NCBI RefSeq assembly: GCF_900187275.1
Contig: NZ_LT906458.1
Coordinates: forward strand, 1,410,001-1,442,000
Direction: 5' to 3'
Length of the DNA: 32,000 bases
DNA from: Pasteurella multocida
GTDB taxonomy: Bacteria; Pseudomonadota; Gammaproteobacteria; Enterobacterales; Pasteurellaceae
The first letter of the stretch is position 1. Every line of letters begins with the position of its first letter. Under the pieces are notes generated by a model that saw only the letters and a list, made by a program, of their open reading frames with translations, was not told the origin of the DNA and did no database searches. The position numbers were made by a program, and so were the translations under genes. Shown in pieces: positions 1 through 9,707 of the stretch.

Positions 1-1111
1 CGCCTTCTTGTTGACGCATTTCCTGACGTAAGGTGCTATCTGCACTACTTGTATTGCCTTCAAAACGAATTTGGCGAACCGTATAACTTTTGCCTGCTTC
101 AACAATAAAATCTAACGAAATCGTTTTATCTTGTTCGTCAAATGTCGGGTGAACATTGACTTGCGCAGTCGCATAACCTCTTTCACCTAACTTCGATTTG
201 ATGCGTTGTTCAACTTCCAATACGTTTGCGCGACGGAAAAGACCATTTAGTTGAATCGTATCTAAAATCGGGGCAAGTTCTGCTGACATGCCACCCACAT
301 CCCCTAGAATACGCGCGCTTTTCACTGTATATAAGTCACCTTCTTTCACTTTAATAATGACACGCGCTTCTTTTTTATCATCACTTAATTTGATATCAGT
401 ATCTAAAATTTGGAATTGCGCGTAACCACGATCTAAATAATAGCTACGTAAGGTTTCTAAATCTTTATTGAATTGGGTTTGATCAAATTTGTTACCAAAC
501 AATTTCCACCATGCATCTGTTTGAAGTTCCATTTGATCTTCTAATTTACTGCTGCTAAACGCTTGATTACCTTCAAAAATAATTTCTTTAAATAGCGCAA
601 CATCATCTTCATTAATTTGAATTTTAATTTCCGCGCTATTATTTGGTAGTGTATTCACGATAGCCTCTACCTTCGCGTTATAGCGACCGACACTATTGTA
701 GTGTTCGACAATCCCTTTCCGGAATTCTTCTAATTTAGCACGGTTTAATACATCACCGACTTTAAAGCCATTCGCATCTAAGTTTTGTTTAATTGCTTCA
801 TCAGGAATCGATTTATTACCGTCAATCACGACGTTTGAAATAACAGGTTTAGGCATGACTGTCACAACTAAAGTATTCCCTTCGCGACTTGCTTTCACAT
901 CATCATATTGCCCACTCAGGAATAATTTTCGTACCACATTAGCAATATCGTTATCTGTTGCTCGCTGCCCAACACGAACAGGAAGTGTAGCTAATACACT
1001 TCCTTCTGTACCTGCTTGAACACCGTCAACACGAATGTCTTTCACTACAAACGGCGCAGCAAATGCAGTGGTTGAACCAAATAATAAGCTCGCAATTAAA
1101 AGTTTTTTCAT
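1..1111 (-). CDS. bamA: Outer membrane protein assembly factor BamA (Oma87/D15 family), N-terminal part, truncated by the window edge
   Basis: Reverse-strand frame from ATG at 1111 reads [49 protein letters not shown]..., a signal peptide followed by POTRA-type sequence; open to the window edge; directly upstream of rseP-cdsA-uppS as in gammaproteobacteria. Confidence 0.95.
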   Translation of the reverse strand, partial: MKKLLIASLLFGSTTAFAAPFVVKDIRVDGVQAGTEGSVLATLPVRVGQRATDNDIANVVRKLFLSGQYDDVKASREGNTLVVTVMPKPVISNVVIDGNKSIPDEAIKQNLDANGFKVGDVLNRAKLEEFRKGIVEHYNSVGRYNAKVEAIVNTLPNNSAEIKIQINEDDVALFKEIIFEGNQAFSSSKLEDQMELQTDAWWKLFGNKFDQTQFNKDLETLRSYYLDRGYAQFQILDTDIKLSDDKKEARVIIKVKEGDLYTVKSARILGDVGGMSAELAPILDTIQLNGLFRRANVLEVEQRIKSKLGERGYATAQVNVHPTFDEQDKTISLDFIVEAGKSYTVRQIRFEGNTSSADSTLRQEMRQQEG

Positions 1112-1140
1112 CGTGAATGTTATCCTGTGAGTAAAATTAA

Positions 1141-2469
1141 TTATAAACGTAAGAAATCATTAAAGAGTGCAAATCCCATTAAAGCCATTAATATCGCTGC
1201 ACCAATTCGATAACTCAAATTTTGAATACGTTCTGAGAGTGGTTTACCTCGGACCGCCTCAGCCGCTAAAAAGACTAAATGACCACCATCAAGAACAGGT
1301 AATGGAAATAAGTTCATTATGCCTAAATTCACACTGATCAATGCCATAAAACCGAGGTAATAAATCAACCCAATTTCAGAAGAGATGCCCGCACCTTTCG
1401 CAATAGAAATCGGACCACCTAAATTCTTCAAAGCCAGATCACCGGTAAAGAGCTTGCCAATCACTTTTACCGTTAACCATGAAAGCTGTATCGTCTTCTC
1501 AACCCCTTTCTGTAAGGCCTCAAGAATACCATATTTTAATTCGGTTCGATATACATCAGAGATCGGGGCAGCCGTCGGCGCAATCCCCACATACCAGCGT
1601 CCTTTTTTGTTTAATTCTGGTGTCAGAACAACAAAGGAAAACTGACCATCACGTTCAACTTTAACATTAAACGGTTTTCCTTCTTGTACAAACTGTACAA
1701 ATTGTTGCCAACTAATTAACTGCTCTCCCGCATAAATGCGATCACCGGCTTTTAAGCCTGCTTTGTCGGCAGGTGAGTTGACCTCGACCTTAGACAAAAT
1801 CATGTCCACTTTAGTTCTCACAGGTTGCAGACCAAGTGAGCTCATGGCACTTTCTTTTTCAGGATCAAAACGCCAGTCTTTCGTATTGAGTACTTTATGT
1901 TGCTCAATAGACGAGCCAAAAGGCGATAACGTTAGGTGAATTTCATCATTTCCCATCTTAGTTGCCAACAACATATTAATGGTTTCCCAATCGCTCACTT
2001 TTGTGCCATCTACCGCCATAATTTGTGTATTCGGTTCAATTTGGGCTTGGGCAGCAATAGAATTTGATGAAATGTCCGCAATGACAGGTTTTACTGTCGG
2101 GATACCCACAGTATAAATCGTAAAATATGCCACAATCGCAAATAAGAAGTTCGCGATAGGACCTGCTGCAATCACGAAAGCGCGCTGTAGCACACTTTTT
2201 TGATCAAATGCACGTGAGCTCAATTCAGGCGGAACCACTTCATTACGTCCATCTAGCATTTTGACATAACCACCGAGTGGAATCGCAGATATGACAAATT
2301 CAGTTCCCTGTTTATCTGTGCGCGACCAAAGTACTTTACCAAAACCAATTGAAAAACGATGAACCTGAATACCGCACTTTCTCGCAGCCCAAAAGTGCCC
2401 ATACTCATGGACTGCAACAAGTACACCAATAACAATAATAAACGACGCAAATGACCATAAAAATGACAT
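1141..2469 (-). CDS. rseP: RIP metalloprotease RseP
   Basis: 442 aa ORF with [13 protein letters not shown] zinc motif, PDZ-like segments and the C-terminal [12 protein letters not shown] motif typical of site-2 proteases. Confidence 0.97.
   Translation of the reverse strand: MSFLWSFASFIIVIGVLVAVHEYGHFWAARKCGIQVHRFSIGFGKVLWSRTDKQGTEFVISAIPLGGYVKMLDGRNEVVPPELSSRAFDQKSVLQRAFVIAAGPIANFLFAIVAYFTIYTVGIPTVKPVIADISSNSIAAQAQIEPNTQIMAVDGTKVSDWETINMLLATKMGNDEIHLTLSPFGSSIEQHKVLNTKDWRFDPEKESAMSSLGLQPVRTKVDMILSKVEVNSPADKAGLKAGDRIYAGEQLISWQQFVQFVQEGKPFNVKVERDGQFSFVVLTPELNKKGRWYVGIAPTAAPISDVYRTELKYGILEALQKGVEKTIQLSWLTVKVIGKLFTGDLALKNLGGPISIAKGAGISSEIGLIYYLGFMALISVNLGIMNLFPLPVLDGGHLVFLAAEAVRGKPLSERIQNLSYRIGAAILMALMGFALFNDFLRL
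2371..2379 (-). repeat. Uptake signal sequence core (AAGTGCGGT)
   Basis: ACCGCACTT on + strand, inside rseP. Confidence 0.7.
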
Positions 2470-2490
2470 AAATCTGTTGTTCCTAATGCA

Positions 2491-3360
2491 TCATGAAATC
2501 ACGAAAAAGTAAAAATAAGCAAAGAACGGAACGGCCGCCGTTAAACTATCAATCCGATCTAAAATACCACCATGTCCTGGAATGAGCTGACTACTGTCTT
2601 TAATGCCACTTTGACGTTTAAACATACTTTCGGTGAGATCACCTAATATTGATACAGCAACAGTGGCAACAGAAAGGGCAATGAAAGCAGGTATTGAGAT
2701 ACCAGAAAGCAAACTTTCTTGCGTGAAGTGAATAAAAATACTGGCTAGAATTCCTGCTGTGACTAAGCCACCGATCACGCCTTCCCAACTTTTACCGGGA
2801 GAAACTTTTGGTGCAAGTTTATTTTTGCCGAACTGGCGCCCAGCAAAATATGCTCCCGAATCCGCGCTCCAAACAAGAATGAAAACATAGAGTAATAAAA
2901 TTAAACCATGATAGGGATCTGTTACATAATGTGCTAAGCGTAAACGTAACACGCCAGCAAAGAAAGGCACTAAGGTTAAAAAAGCAAAAGCAAATTGCAA
3001 TAATTTGTTTTTTCCCCAATAGGTCGCCCCTTTGGGATAACTTATCACTAAGCCTAAGGCGACAAACCACCAAAGCACAGAAGAGAATAAAAGAAGTGAG
3101 AGCGTATTTTCAAACACACGACCCGCATTTAAATAGTCACTTTCACCATAAATCCAAAGAAATAGAAAAGCTGCGGATAAACCCGTCAAACCTAAACGCC
3201 AAAAAGACCATTTGAAATGCGCAAATTGCGTCCACTCCCAAACAGCGAGAATAACGACAACACCTACTGCAAGTGCAAAATAGAAGGGTGAAAAGAAAAA
3301 CAATGCAATAAATACTATTGCAATTAACATGATCGCTGACAAAACACGTTCTTTAAGCAC
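2491..3360 (-). CDS. cdsA: Phosphatidate cytidylyltransferase
   Basis: 289 aa polytopic membrane protein; C-terminal SILGDLTESMFKRQSGIKDSSQLIPGHGGILDRIDSL signature of CdsA. Confidence 0.97.
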   Translation of the reverse strand: MLKERVLSAIMLIAIVFIALFFFSPFYFALAVGVVVILAVWEWTQFAHFKWSFWRLGLTGLSAAFLFLWIYGESDYLNAGRVFENTLSLLLFSSVLWWFVALGLVISYPKGATYWGKNKLLQFAFAFLTLVPFFAGVLRLRLAHYVTDPYHGLILLLYVFILVWSADSGAYFAGRQFGKNKLAPKVSPGKSWEGVIGGLVTAGILASIFIHFTQESLLSGISIPAFIALSVATVAVSILGDLTESMFKRQSGIKDSSQLIPGHGGILDRIDSLTAAVPFFAYFYFFVIS

Positions 3361-3376
3361 AATCTAATCCTCTTTA

Positions 3377-4099
3377 TTATTCTTCTGCACCACCAAAGCG
3401 TCGGTGGCGTTGTTGATAAGCAATAATTGCTTCGTTAAATTCCTTTTCATTAAAATCTGGCCAAAGTACATCAGAAAAATACAGCTCAGCATACGCGATT
3501 TGCCATAATAAAAAGTTACTAATTCGTTGTTCACCACTCGTTCTAATTAATAAATCGACTTGTGGCTGCTCTTTGGTAACCAAAGCTTGCTGTAATACTT
3601 GCGCATTAATCTCATCAACGGCTAACTTGCCCTCTTTAACCTGTTGTGCGAGCGATTTTGTAGCTTGCACGATATCCCAGCAACCGCCATAGTTTGCTGC
3701 AATATTTAAGGTTAAAGCTGTATTGTTTTCAGTTAATTTCTCGGCCTGATGAATTTTATTCTGCAAGCTGGCACTAAACCCCGTTACATCCCCTAATATA
3801 TTCAATTTAATATTATTTTTATGCAACTTTTTAACTTCAAGATCTAACGCTTGCATAAATAACGCCATTAATGCATTCACTTCTTTTTTTGGGCGGTTCC
3901 AGTTTTCACTACTAAACGCATAGAGTGTTAAAACTTTAATGCCCACTTTTCGGGCATAAGAAACCGCCTCTCGCACGGCTTTCACCCCATTTTTATGACC
4001 AAAAATGCGCATTTTGCCCTTTTGCTGTGCCCAACGCCCATTTCCATCCATAATAATCGCAACATGTTGTGGGATATTATTTGGATCAAGTTCTACCAT
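3377..4099 (-). CDS. uppS: Undecaprenyl diphosphate synthase
   Basis: 240 aa ORF with [14 protein letters not shown] and [15 protein letters not shown] motifs of cis-prenyltransferases. Confidence 0.97.
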   Translation of the reverse strand: MVELDPNNIPQHVAIIMDGNGRWAQQKGKMRIFGHKNGVKAVREAVSYARKVGIKVLTLYAFSSENWNRPKKEVNALMALFMQALDLEVKKLHKNNIKLNILGDVTGFSASLQNKIHQAEKLTENNTALTLNIAANYGGCWDIVQATKSLAQQVKEGKLAVDEINAQVLQQALVTKEQPQVDLLIRTSGEQRISNFLLWQIAYAELYFSDVLWPDFNEKEFNEAIIAYQQRHRRFGGAEE

Positions 4100-4116
4100 A
4101 TTCTCTCAAATTTCTG

Positions 4117-4125
4117 ACCGCACTT
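4117..4125 (-). repeat. Uptake signal sequence core (AAGTGCGGT)
   Basis: ACCGCACTT just outside the uppS start, between uppS and dxr. Confidence 0.75.
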
Positions 4126-4148
4126 TTTTCGCCACTATACCACAAGGC

Positions 4149-5348
4149 TTACGGATGTGAAAAACTTAAAATGATTGACTGAGATAATTCCCTTGCCTTT
4201 TTATCTACCTCAAGTACATCTTCTATGCAATGAATTTTTTGTGGTTGCAATTTGCTCACGACTAACTGATTTAGTCGCGCAATATCTGTAAATTTAATCT
4301 TATTGTCTAAGAAAGACGCTACCGCGATTTCATTCGCTGCATTCATTGCTGTCGTGGCATATTGTCCGGCTGAAAATGCGTCAATGGCTAATTTTAAACA
4401 AGGATAACGTTGATAGTCTGGCTCAATAAAGGTTAATCCATTCAGTTGGTAAAACTCCAAGGGCTCAACGCCAGCAACGGTCCGACTTGGATATGCCATG
4501 GTTTCCGCAATCGGTGTACGCATATCAGGATTCCCCATTTGTGCAATCACGGAACCATCGATGTAACGTACCATAGAATGAATAATGGATTGAGGATGAA
4601 TAATAACTTCCATTTCCTCTGCCGAGGCATTAAATAACCAGCGTGCTTCAATATATTCCAACCCTTTATTCATCATGGTAGCGGAATCGACAGAGATCTT
4701 TTTCCCCATTGACCAATTAGGATGCGCAACTGCTTGTGCTGGGGTGATCTGTTCAAATTGCTCCAGAGGGGTATAACGGAATGGACCACCGGATCCCGTT
4801 AACACAATCTTACTGATCCCTAATTCAGAAAGCGGGCAAAACCCAATTTGTCTTTGCGCTTCAGGCGGAAGGGATTGGAAAATCGCATTATGTTCACTAT
4901 CTACTGGTAACAATTGTGCTTGAGATTCACGCACTGCATCAATAAATAATTGCCCGCAAGTTACCAAGGCTTCTTTATTTGCTAATAGTACACGTTTTCC
5001 AGCTTTCACCGCAGACAAAGTAGGCAATAATCCCGCCGCCCCCACAATCGCAGCCATTACCATATCTGCTTCAGGATGTGCCGCTAACTCACAAATAGCT
5101 TGCTGTCCTGCTAAGACTGTTGTTTTGCTTTGGTGGGCTTTCAGTTTCTCCGCCAATATTTTGGCTGCGACATCGTCATCTAACGCAGCAAACGACGGTT
5201 GGAATGTCAAACATTGTTGAAACATTAGCTCTACATTACGTCCACCAACTAACGCAAACACTTGGTACTTATCAGGATTATGTGTAATCACGGATAAGGT
5301 ACTGGTACCAATCGATCCAGTTGAACCTAAAATAACGATCTTTTTCAT
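4149..5348 (-). CDS. dxr: 1-deoxy-D-xylulose 5-phosphate reductoisomerase
   Basis: ORF 4149..5375; [21 protein letters not shown] start placed at ATG 5348 (upstream TTG and ATG codons also open in frame); [12 protein letters not shown] and [14 protein letters not shown] motifs. Confidence 0.95.
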   Translation of the reverse strand: MKKIVILGSTGSIGTSTLSVITHNPDKYQVFALVGGRNVELMFQQCLTFQPSFAALDDDVAAKILAEKLKAHQSKTTVLAGQQAICELAAHPEADMVMAAIVGAAGLLPTLSAVKAGKRVLLANKEALVTCGQLFIDAVRESQAQLLPVDSEHNAIFQSLPPEAQRQIGFCPLSELGISKIVLTGSGGPFRYTPLEQFEQITPAQAVAHPNWSMGKKISVDSATMMNKGLEYIEARWLFNASAEEMEVIIHPQSIIHSMVRYIDGSVIAQMGNPDMRTPIAETMAYPSRTVAGVEPLEFYQLNGLTFIEPDYQRYPCLKLAIDAFSAGQYATTAMNAANEIAVASFLDNKIKFTDIARLNQLVVSKLQPQKIHCIEDVLEVDKKARELSQSIILSFSHP

Positions 5349-5376
5349 AAAATAACTAATACTCATTAATAACAAT

Positions 5377-5395
5377 CCGCCCGTAAAACGGGCGG
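5377..5395. repeat. Perfect 8-bp hairpin CCGCCCGT-AAA-ACGGGCGG at the dxr-proximal end of the IS
   Basis: Direct reading; followed by TTTTT on the + strand, so it could also terminate + strand transcription. Confidence 0.8.
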
Positions 5396-5425
5396 TTTTT
5401 AGGCCACCCTATAAGGGCCTAGTAC

Positions 5426-5453
5426 TTCACATGCCCCTCAAGGGGCATGTGAA
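5426..5453. repeat. Perfect 12-bp hairpin TTCACATGCCCC-TCAA-GGGGCATGTGAA downstream of tnpA
   Basis: Direct reading of the inverted repeat. Confidence 0.85.
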
Positions 5454-5482
5454 TTCTGACAACCGTTCAATAACTCTGTTGC

Positions 5483-5947
5483 CTACCCCTTAAAGGGGTC
5501 CATATATTCTTTCTTCGATAAATTATCCTGAATCATATCTTCCTTTTCCTGATTTCGGATATATTCCTCTACAATTTTTGTATTTAAACCTACTGTACTT
5601 ACATAATAGCCTTTCGCCCAAAAATTTCGATTCCCATACTTATATTTCAAATTTGCATGTCTTTCAAATATCATTAGCGATGACTTACCTTTTAAATACC
5701 CCATAAAACTTGAAACGGCCAGTTTCGGAGGTATCCTTAACAGCATATGGATATGCTCTTTCATTGCATATGCCTCTATTATCTCTACATTCTTGTAGTG
5801 ACATAATTGTCTTAGTATCCCTCCTATATCAACTCGCAATTTTCCATAAATTGCTTTTCTCCTATACTTAGGGATAAAGACTATGTGGTACTTACAGTTC
5901 CATCTTGTGTGTGATAGACTTGAATCGTCATTGGATTTACTTGCCAT
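5483..5947 (-). CDS. tnpA: IS200-like Y1 (HUH) transposase TnpA
   Basis: 154 aa; WNCKYHIVFIPKYRRKAIYG start, HIHMLL (HUH) motif and C-terminal YYVSTVG catalytic-tyrosine region; appears intact; AGGAGG Shine-Dalgarno 7 nt upstream of the ATG. Confidence 0.93.
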   Translation of the reverse strand: MASKSNDDSSLSHTRWNCKYHIVFIPKYRRKAIYGKLRVDIGGILRQLCHYKNVEIIEAYAMKEHIHMLLRIPPKLAVSSFMGYLKGKSSLMIFERHANLKYKYGNRNFWAKGYYVSTVGLNTKIVEEYIRNQEKEDMIQDNLSKKEYMDPFKG

Positions 5948-6038
5948 GACTTATCCTCCTATATGTTGAATTTTGGTTGTCAGCCTTGTTCAATATAGGA
6001 GGATGTTTTGTTCTGCTCACCGCTTAAGCTTTTCTGTT

Positions 6039-6057
6039 CCATACGCAAAGCGTATGG
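6039..6057. repeat. Perfect 8-bp hairpin CCATACGC-AAA-GCGTATGG at the frr-proximal end of the IS
   Basis: Direct reading; same 8-bp stem, AAA loop and TTTTT layout as 5377-5395. Confidence 0.8.
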
Positions 6058-6060
6058 TTT

Positions 6061-6087
6061 TTATAGCTAGACTTTGTCTAGCTATAA
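6061..6087. repeat. Perfect 12-bp hairpin TTATAGCTAGAC-TTT-GTCTAGCTATAA, likely left-end structure of the IS
   Basis: Direct reading of the inverted repeat. Confidence 0.8.
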
Positions 6088-6088
6088 T

Positions 6089-6122
6089 AAAAAACGATTT
6101 ACTTCACACTTGAAATAAACCG
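6089..6122 (-). terminator. Rho-independent terminator downstream of frr
   Basis: On the - strand CGGTTTATTTCA-AGTG-TGAAGTAAATCG (12 bp including two G-U) followed by TTTTTT. Confidence 0.75.
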
Positions 6123-6231
6123 TTTTATGTATTCAATAAAGCGCTCTCTTAATATCTGAATGGATGTAATGATTAGATAGACCAATCAATACTATGCTTG
6201 ACATATCCGTCCATAAAGAGAGGCTCATGAA

Positions 6232-6789
6232 TTAGAAATCGAGCAATTCTTTCTCTTTATCTGCCAATACTTCATCCACTTTTTTCACGAAAGTATCCGT
6301 GATTTTTTGGATTTCGTCTTGTGCTTTACGCTCTTCGTCTTCACTGATTTCTTTGTCTTTCAGCAAAGCTTTAATTTGATCATTAGCATCACGACGCACA
6401 TTACGTACTGCAATTTTCCCTTGCTCAGCTTCACCTTTCACAATTTTAATTAAATCACGACGGCGTTCTTCTGTTAATGGCGGTAACGGTACACGAATCG
6501 TTGTCCCGGCAGAAGACGGGTTTAACCCTAAATCTGAGGTCAAAATCGCTTTTTCTACCGCACTAATTAAGCTACGATCAAACACAGTGACAGCAAGTGT
6601 ACGCGCATCTTCTGCAACCACGTTGGCTAACTGACGTAATGGGGTTGGTGAACCATAGTATTCCACTTGAATACCATCAAGTAAACTTGGTTGAGCACGA
6701 CCTGTACGCACTTTAGCAATGTGGTTTTTAAAGGTTTCTAAGCTTTTTTCCATACGCAATTGCGTATCTTTTTTAATTTCATTAATCAC
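6232..6789 (-). CDS. frr: Ribosome recycling factor
   Basis: 185 aa [43 protein letters not shown]..., typical RRF. Confidence 0.98.
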   Translation of the reverse strand: MINEIKKDTQLRMEKSLETFKNHIAKVRTGRAQPSLLDGIQVEYYGSPTPLRQLANVVAEDARTLAVTVFDRSLISAVEKAILTSDLGLNPSSAGTTIRVPLPPLTEERRRDLIKIVKGEAEQGKIAVRNVRRDANDQIKALLKDKEISEDEERKAQDEIQKITDTFVKKVDEVLADKEKELLDF

Positions 6790-6864
6790 AAGAAGTCCTT
6801 CTTTATAGTCAATAAGTCTTAGTTAATCGGCTGCCTGTAAGTTTAATCTAATTCTGGTGAAAAA

Positions 6865-7593
6865 TCACGACAACTTTTGGTCACAAATCAATGTCCCTTC
6901 GACTTCACCCAAAATCACTCGACGTAATGCTCCCGGCTTACCCATATTAAAGACCCGAATTGGCATATGATGATCACGTGCTAAGGTAAAGGCGGCTAAA
7001 TCCATCACTTGCAATTCATGTTCAATAACATCAGCATAATTCAGCTGATGATAAAGCACCGCATCTGCATTTTTTGCGGGATCGCAATTATACACACCAT
7101 CGACTTTCGTCGCTTTTAACACCACATCCGCTTCAATTTCAATTCCACGTAAACAAGCCGCAGAGTCCGTTGTAAAAAATGGGCTTCCTGTCCCCGCAGA
7201 GAAAATCACTACGCGTTTTTCACGCAACATTTTTATTGCTTCAGACCAGTTATAGGTATCACAAATACCATTTAATTGAAAGGCTGACATCAGTTTGGCA
7301 TTCACATCAGCACGATGTAGTGCATCGCGCATGGCAAGACCATTCATGACGGTTGCGAGCATCCCCATGTGATCACCAACTACACGGTTCATCCCTGCTT
7401 TTGCTAATTTGGCACCACGGAACAAATTACCACCACCCAGTACAACACCAACTTCGACGCCCATTGCTACTAATTCTTTAATCTCGAGCGCCATTCTGTC
7501 TAAGATAGACGGGTCAATACCAAATCCCTCGTCACCTTGTAATGCTTCACCGCTTAGTTTTAATAAAATTCGTTTATAAATTGGTTGGCTCAT
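6865..7593 (-). CDS. pyrH: Uridylate kinase
   Basis: 242 aa [26 protein letters not shown]...[11 protein letters not shown]. Confidence 0.98.
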   Translation of the reverse strand: MSQPIYKRILLKLSGEALQGDEGFGIDPSILDRMALEIKELVAMGVEVGVVLGGGNLFRGAKLAKAGMNRVVGDHMGMLATVMNGLAMRDALHRADVNAKLMSAFQLNGICDTYNWSEAIKMLREKRVVIFSAGTGSPFFTTDSAACLRGIEIEADVVLKATKVDGVYNCDPAKNADAVLYHQLNYADVIEHELQVMDLAAFTLARDHHMPIRVFNMGKPGALRRVILGEVEGTLICDQKLS

Positions 7594-7703
7594 TTTTGTA
7601 CCTCTTTTGATTCTGTAAGCAACAAATTATCTTTTATTCCGCTGCACTCTGACATCTTATACACAAAGAGAGGCGAGTGCCGCTATCCATCTCTCTTATA
7701 AAG

Positions 7704-7724
7704 AAAAGGCGAGTTACCTCGCCT
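7704..7724 (-). terminator. Hairpin AGGCGAG-N4-CTCGCCT with U-run, after tsf
   Basis: Perfect 7-bp stem 7707-7713/7718-7724; on the - strand it is followed by TTTT. Confidence 0.65.
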
Positions 7725-7736
7725 ATTTTTTAGAAA

Positions 7737-8585
7737 TTAGATTTTTTGCATCGCTGCAACTTCTGCTGCAAAGTCAGATTCAACTTTTTCGATACCTTCA
7801 CCCACTTCGAAACGAACGAAGTTAGTCACATCAGCACCGCTTTCTTTTAAGAATTCGCCTACTGATTTAGCTGGATCCATTACGAATGGTTGACCTGTCA
7901 ATGACACTTCACCAGTGAATTTCTTCATACGGCCTTCAACCATTTTTTCTGCGATTTCACGTGGTTTACCTGATTCCATCGCGATTGCCACTTGGATTTC
8001 ACGCTCTTTTGCTACAACATCTGCTGACACATCTTCTGGTTTAACAAACTCAGGACGGCTCGCTGCAACATGCATCGCGATTTTTTTCAATAAATCTTCG
8101 TCTGCATTTTTACCCGCAACTAATACACCAATTTTGGCGCCGTGTAAGTATGAACCAACGACATCGCCATCTAAAAATTGTACGCGACGAATATTCATGT
8201 TTTCACCAATTTTCGCCACAAGTGTTGCACGTTTTTCTTCAAATTGTGCTTGAAGTGCTTCGATAGTCACGCCTTTGTTCGCTAATGCATAGTCTGCTAC
8301 TTCGTTCGCTAAACCTAAGAAGCCAGCATCTTTTGCCACGAAGTCAGTTTCACAGTTCATTTCCACTAACACACCGAAACCAGCGCCAATACGAGCAAGG
8401 ATAACCCCTTCTGCTGCCACACGACCTGCTTTCTTAGCCGCTTTTGCTTGACCTGATTTACGCATGTTATCGATCGCTAATTCGATATCACCATTTGCTT
8501 CAACTAACGCTTTTTTACATTCCATCATACCTGCGCCAGTACGCTCACGAAGTTCTTTTACTAATGATGCTGTGATTTCAGCCAT
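7737..8585 (-). CDS. tsf: Elongation factor Ts
   Basis: 282 aa [38 protein letters not shown]... Confidence 0.98.
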   Translation of the reverse strand: MAEITASLVKELRERTGAGMMECKKALVEANGDIELAIDNMRKSGQAKAAKKAGRVAAEGVILARIGAGFGVLVEMNCETDFVAKDAGFLGLANEVADYALANKGVTIEALQAQFEEKRATLVAKIGENMNIRRVQFLDGDVVGSYLHGAKIGVLVAGKNADEDLLKKIAMHVAASRPEFVKPEDVSADVVAKEREIQVAIAMESGKPREIAEKMVEGRMKKFTGEVSLTGQPFVMDPAKSVGEFLKESGADVTNFVRFEVGEGIEKVESDFAAEVAAMQKI

Positions 8586-8625
8586 TTTTTAATCCTCTGT
8601 CCGCTTGATTTTGTGCAATTTCTTA

Positions 8626-8634
8626 ACCGCACTT
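8626..8634 (-). repeat. Uptake signal sequence core (AAGTGCGGT)
   Basis: ACCGCACTT in the rpsB-tsf intergenic region. Confidence 0.75.
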
Positions 8635-8640
8635 TCACAT

Positions 8641-8673
8641 AAAAAAGCAGGGAACTTAATTCAGCCCCCTGCT
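8641..8673 (-). terminator. Intergenic terminator/attenuator between rpsB and tsf
   Basis: Stem AGCAGGG (8646-8652) / CCCTGCT (8667-8673), followed on the - strand by TTTTT. Confidence 0.6.
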
Positions 8674-8726
8674 AACCAATTAATCGTTGTGATTAATAAT
8701 AAGGGCTTGCGCCTTATCTACCTGAA

Positions 8727-9449
8727 TTACTCAGCTTCTGCTACAAAGTTCTCTTCAGTGACAGCGTCTTGGTGACGACCTTCTTTAACCGCCGCGGCTG
8801 CTGCTGAAAGATATAATTGGATTGCACGTGCTGCGTCATCGTTACCTGGGATAACGAAATCAACACCATCTGGATCTGAGTTAGTATCAACGATAGCAAA
8901 CACTGGAATACCAAGATTGTTTGCTTCTTTCACTGCAATGTGTTCATGGTCTGCACCGATAACGAATAACGCATCTGGTAAGCCACCCATCTCTTTGATA
9001 CCACCAAGACTTAATTCAAGTTTCTCCATCTCACGTGTGCGCATTAACGCTTCTTTTTTCGTTAATTTATCGAACGTACCATCTTGAGATTGAGTTTCTA
9101 AATCTTTTAAACGTCTAATTGATTGACGAACTGTTTTCCAGTTAGTCAACATACCACCTAACCAACGGTGATTGACATAATATTGTTGACAGTCTAATGC
9201 TGCTGCTTTCACTGCTTCAGTAGCTGCACGTTTTGTCCCAACGAATAAAATTTTACCGTTGTTACCCGCAATACGTGTTAATTCCACTAAGGCTTCATTG
9301 AACATAGGAACAGTTTTTTCTAAGTTAATGATGTGAACACCGTTGCGTGGACCATAGATGAATGGTTTCATTTTTGGATTCCAGTAACGAGTTTGGTGAC
9401 CGAAGTGAACGCCAGCTTGTAGCATATCGCGCATTGAAACTTGTGCCAT
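8727..9449 (-). CDS. rpsB: 30S ribosomal protein S2
   Basis: [33 protein letters not shown]; start at ATG 9449 preceded by AAAAGGA; the ORF-track extension to 9512 is probably 5' UTR. Confidence 0.97.
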   Translation of the reverse strand: MAQVSMRDMLQAGVHFGHQTRYWNPKMKPFIYGPRNGVHIINLEKTVPMFNEALVELTRIAGNNGKILFVGTKRAATEAVKAAALDCQQYYVNHRWLGGMLTNWKTVRQSIRRLKDLETQSQDGTFDKLTKKEALMRTREMEKLELSLGGIKEMGGLPDALFVIGADHEHIAVKEANNLGIPVFAIVDTNSDPDGVDFVIPGNDDAARAIQLYLSAAAAAVKEGRHQDAVTEENFVAEAE

Positions 9450-9707
9450 AATAATATTTCCTTTTAATTGGGGTTTAGCCTCCACATACCAAGCAAATCG
9501 ACCGTTTGGCACCCCGATTTACCCTCACGATATGTGTGTGATGTTTAAGTTAAAAATTAAATGTGAATGTTATTTTTCAAAAGTCAAAATAACGGGGTGC
9601 TTTATACCATAAAGAGCGGTCAATTTCTAGCAATTTTTTCACAACAGGTCCGATTTGTGCTACAATCTTGTTCACATTACATATCTTTCATTTATAAGGA
9701 GATCGTA

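Larger units (their letters stand above)
5376..6088 (-). mobile_element. IS200/IS605-family insertion element carrying only tnpA, flanked by subterminal hairpins (exact ends not determined)
   Basis: Full-length Y1 HUH transposase ORF with perfect short hairpins on both sides (5377-5395, 5426-5453, 6039-6057, 6061-6087). No long inverted terminal repeats, as expected for this family. Ends approximate. Confidence 0.75.

Noticed and set aside
5401-5480. Possible CRISPR-like or multi-repeat array beside tnpA
   Set aside because: The repeats are individual, non-identical hairpins typical of IS200/IS605 ends, without spacer periodicity or cas genes.
9450-9512. N-terminal extension of rpsB ([21 protein letters not shown]) in the ORF track
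   Set aside because: Canonical S2 starts [13 protein letters not shown] with an SD just upstream at 9449; the extension is better read as structured 5' UTR.
9567-9707. 47-residue N-terminal extension of the HlyD-like adaptor
   Set aside because: The signal-anchor sequence and a good SD (AAGGAGA) place the start at 9708.
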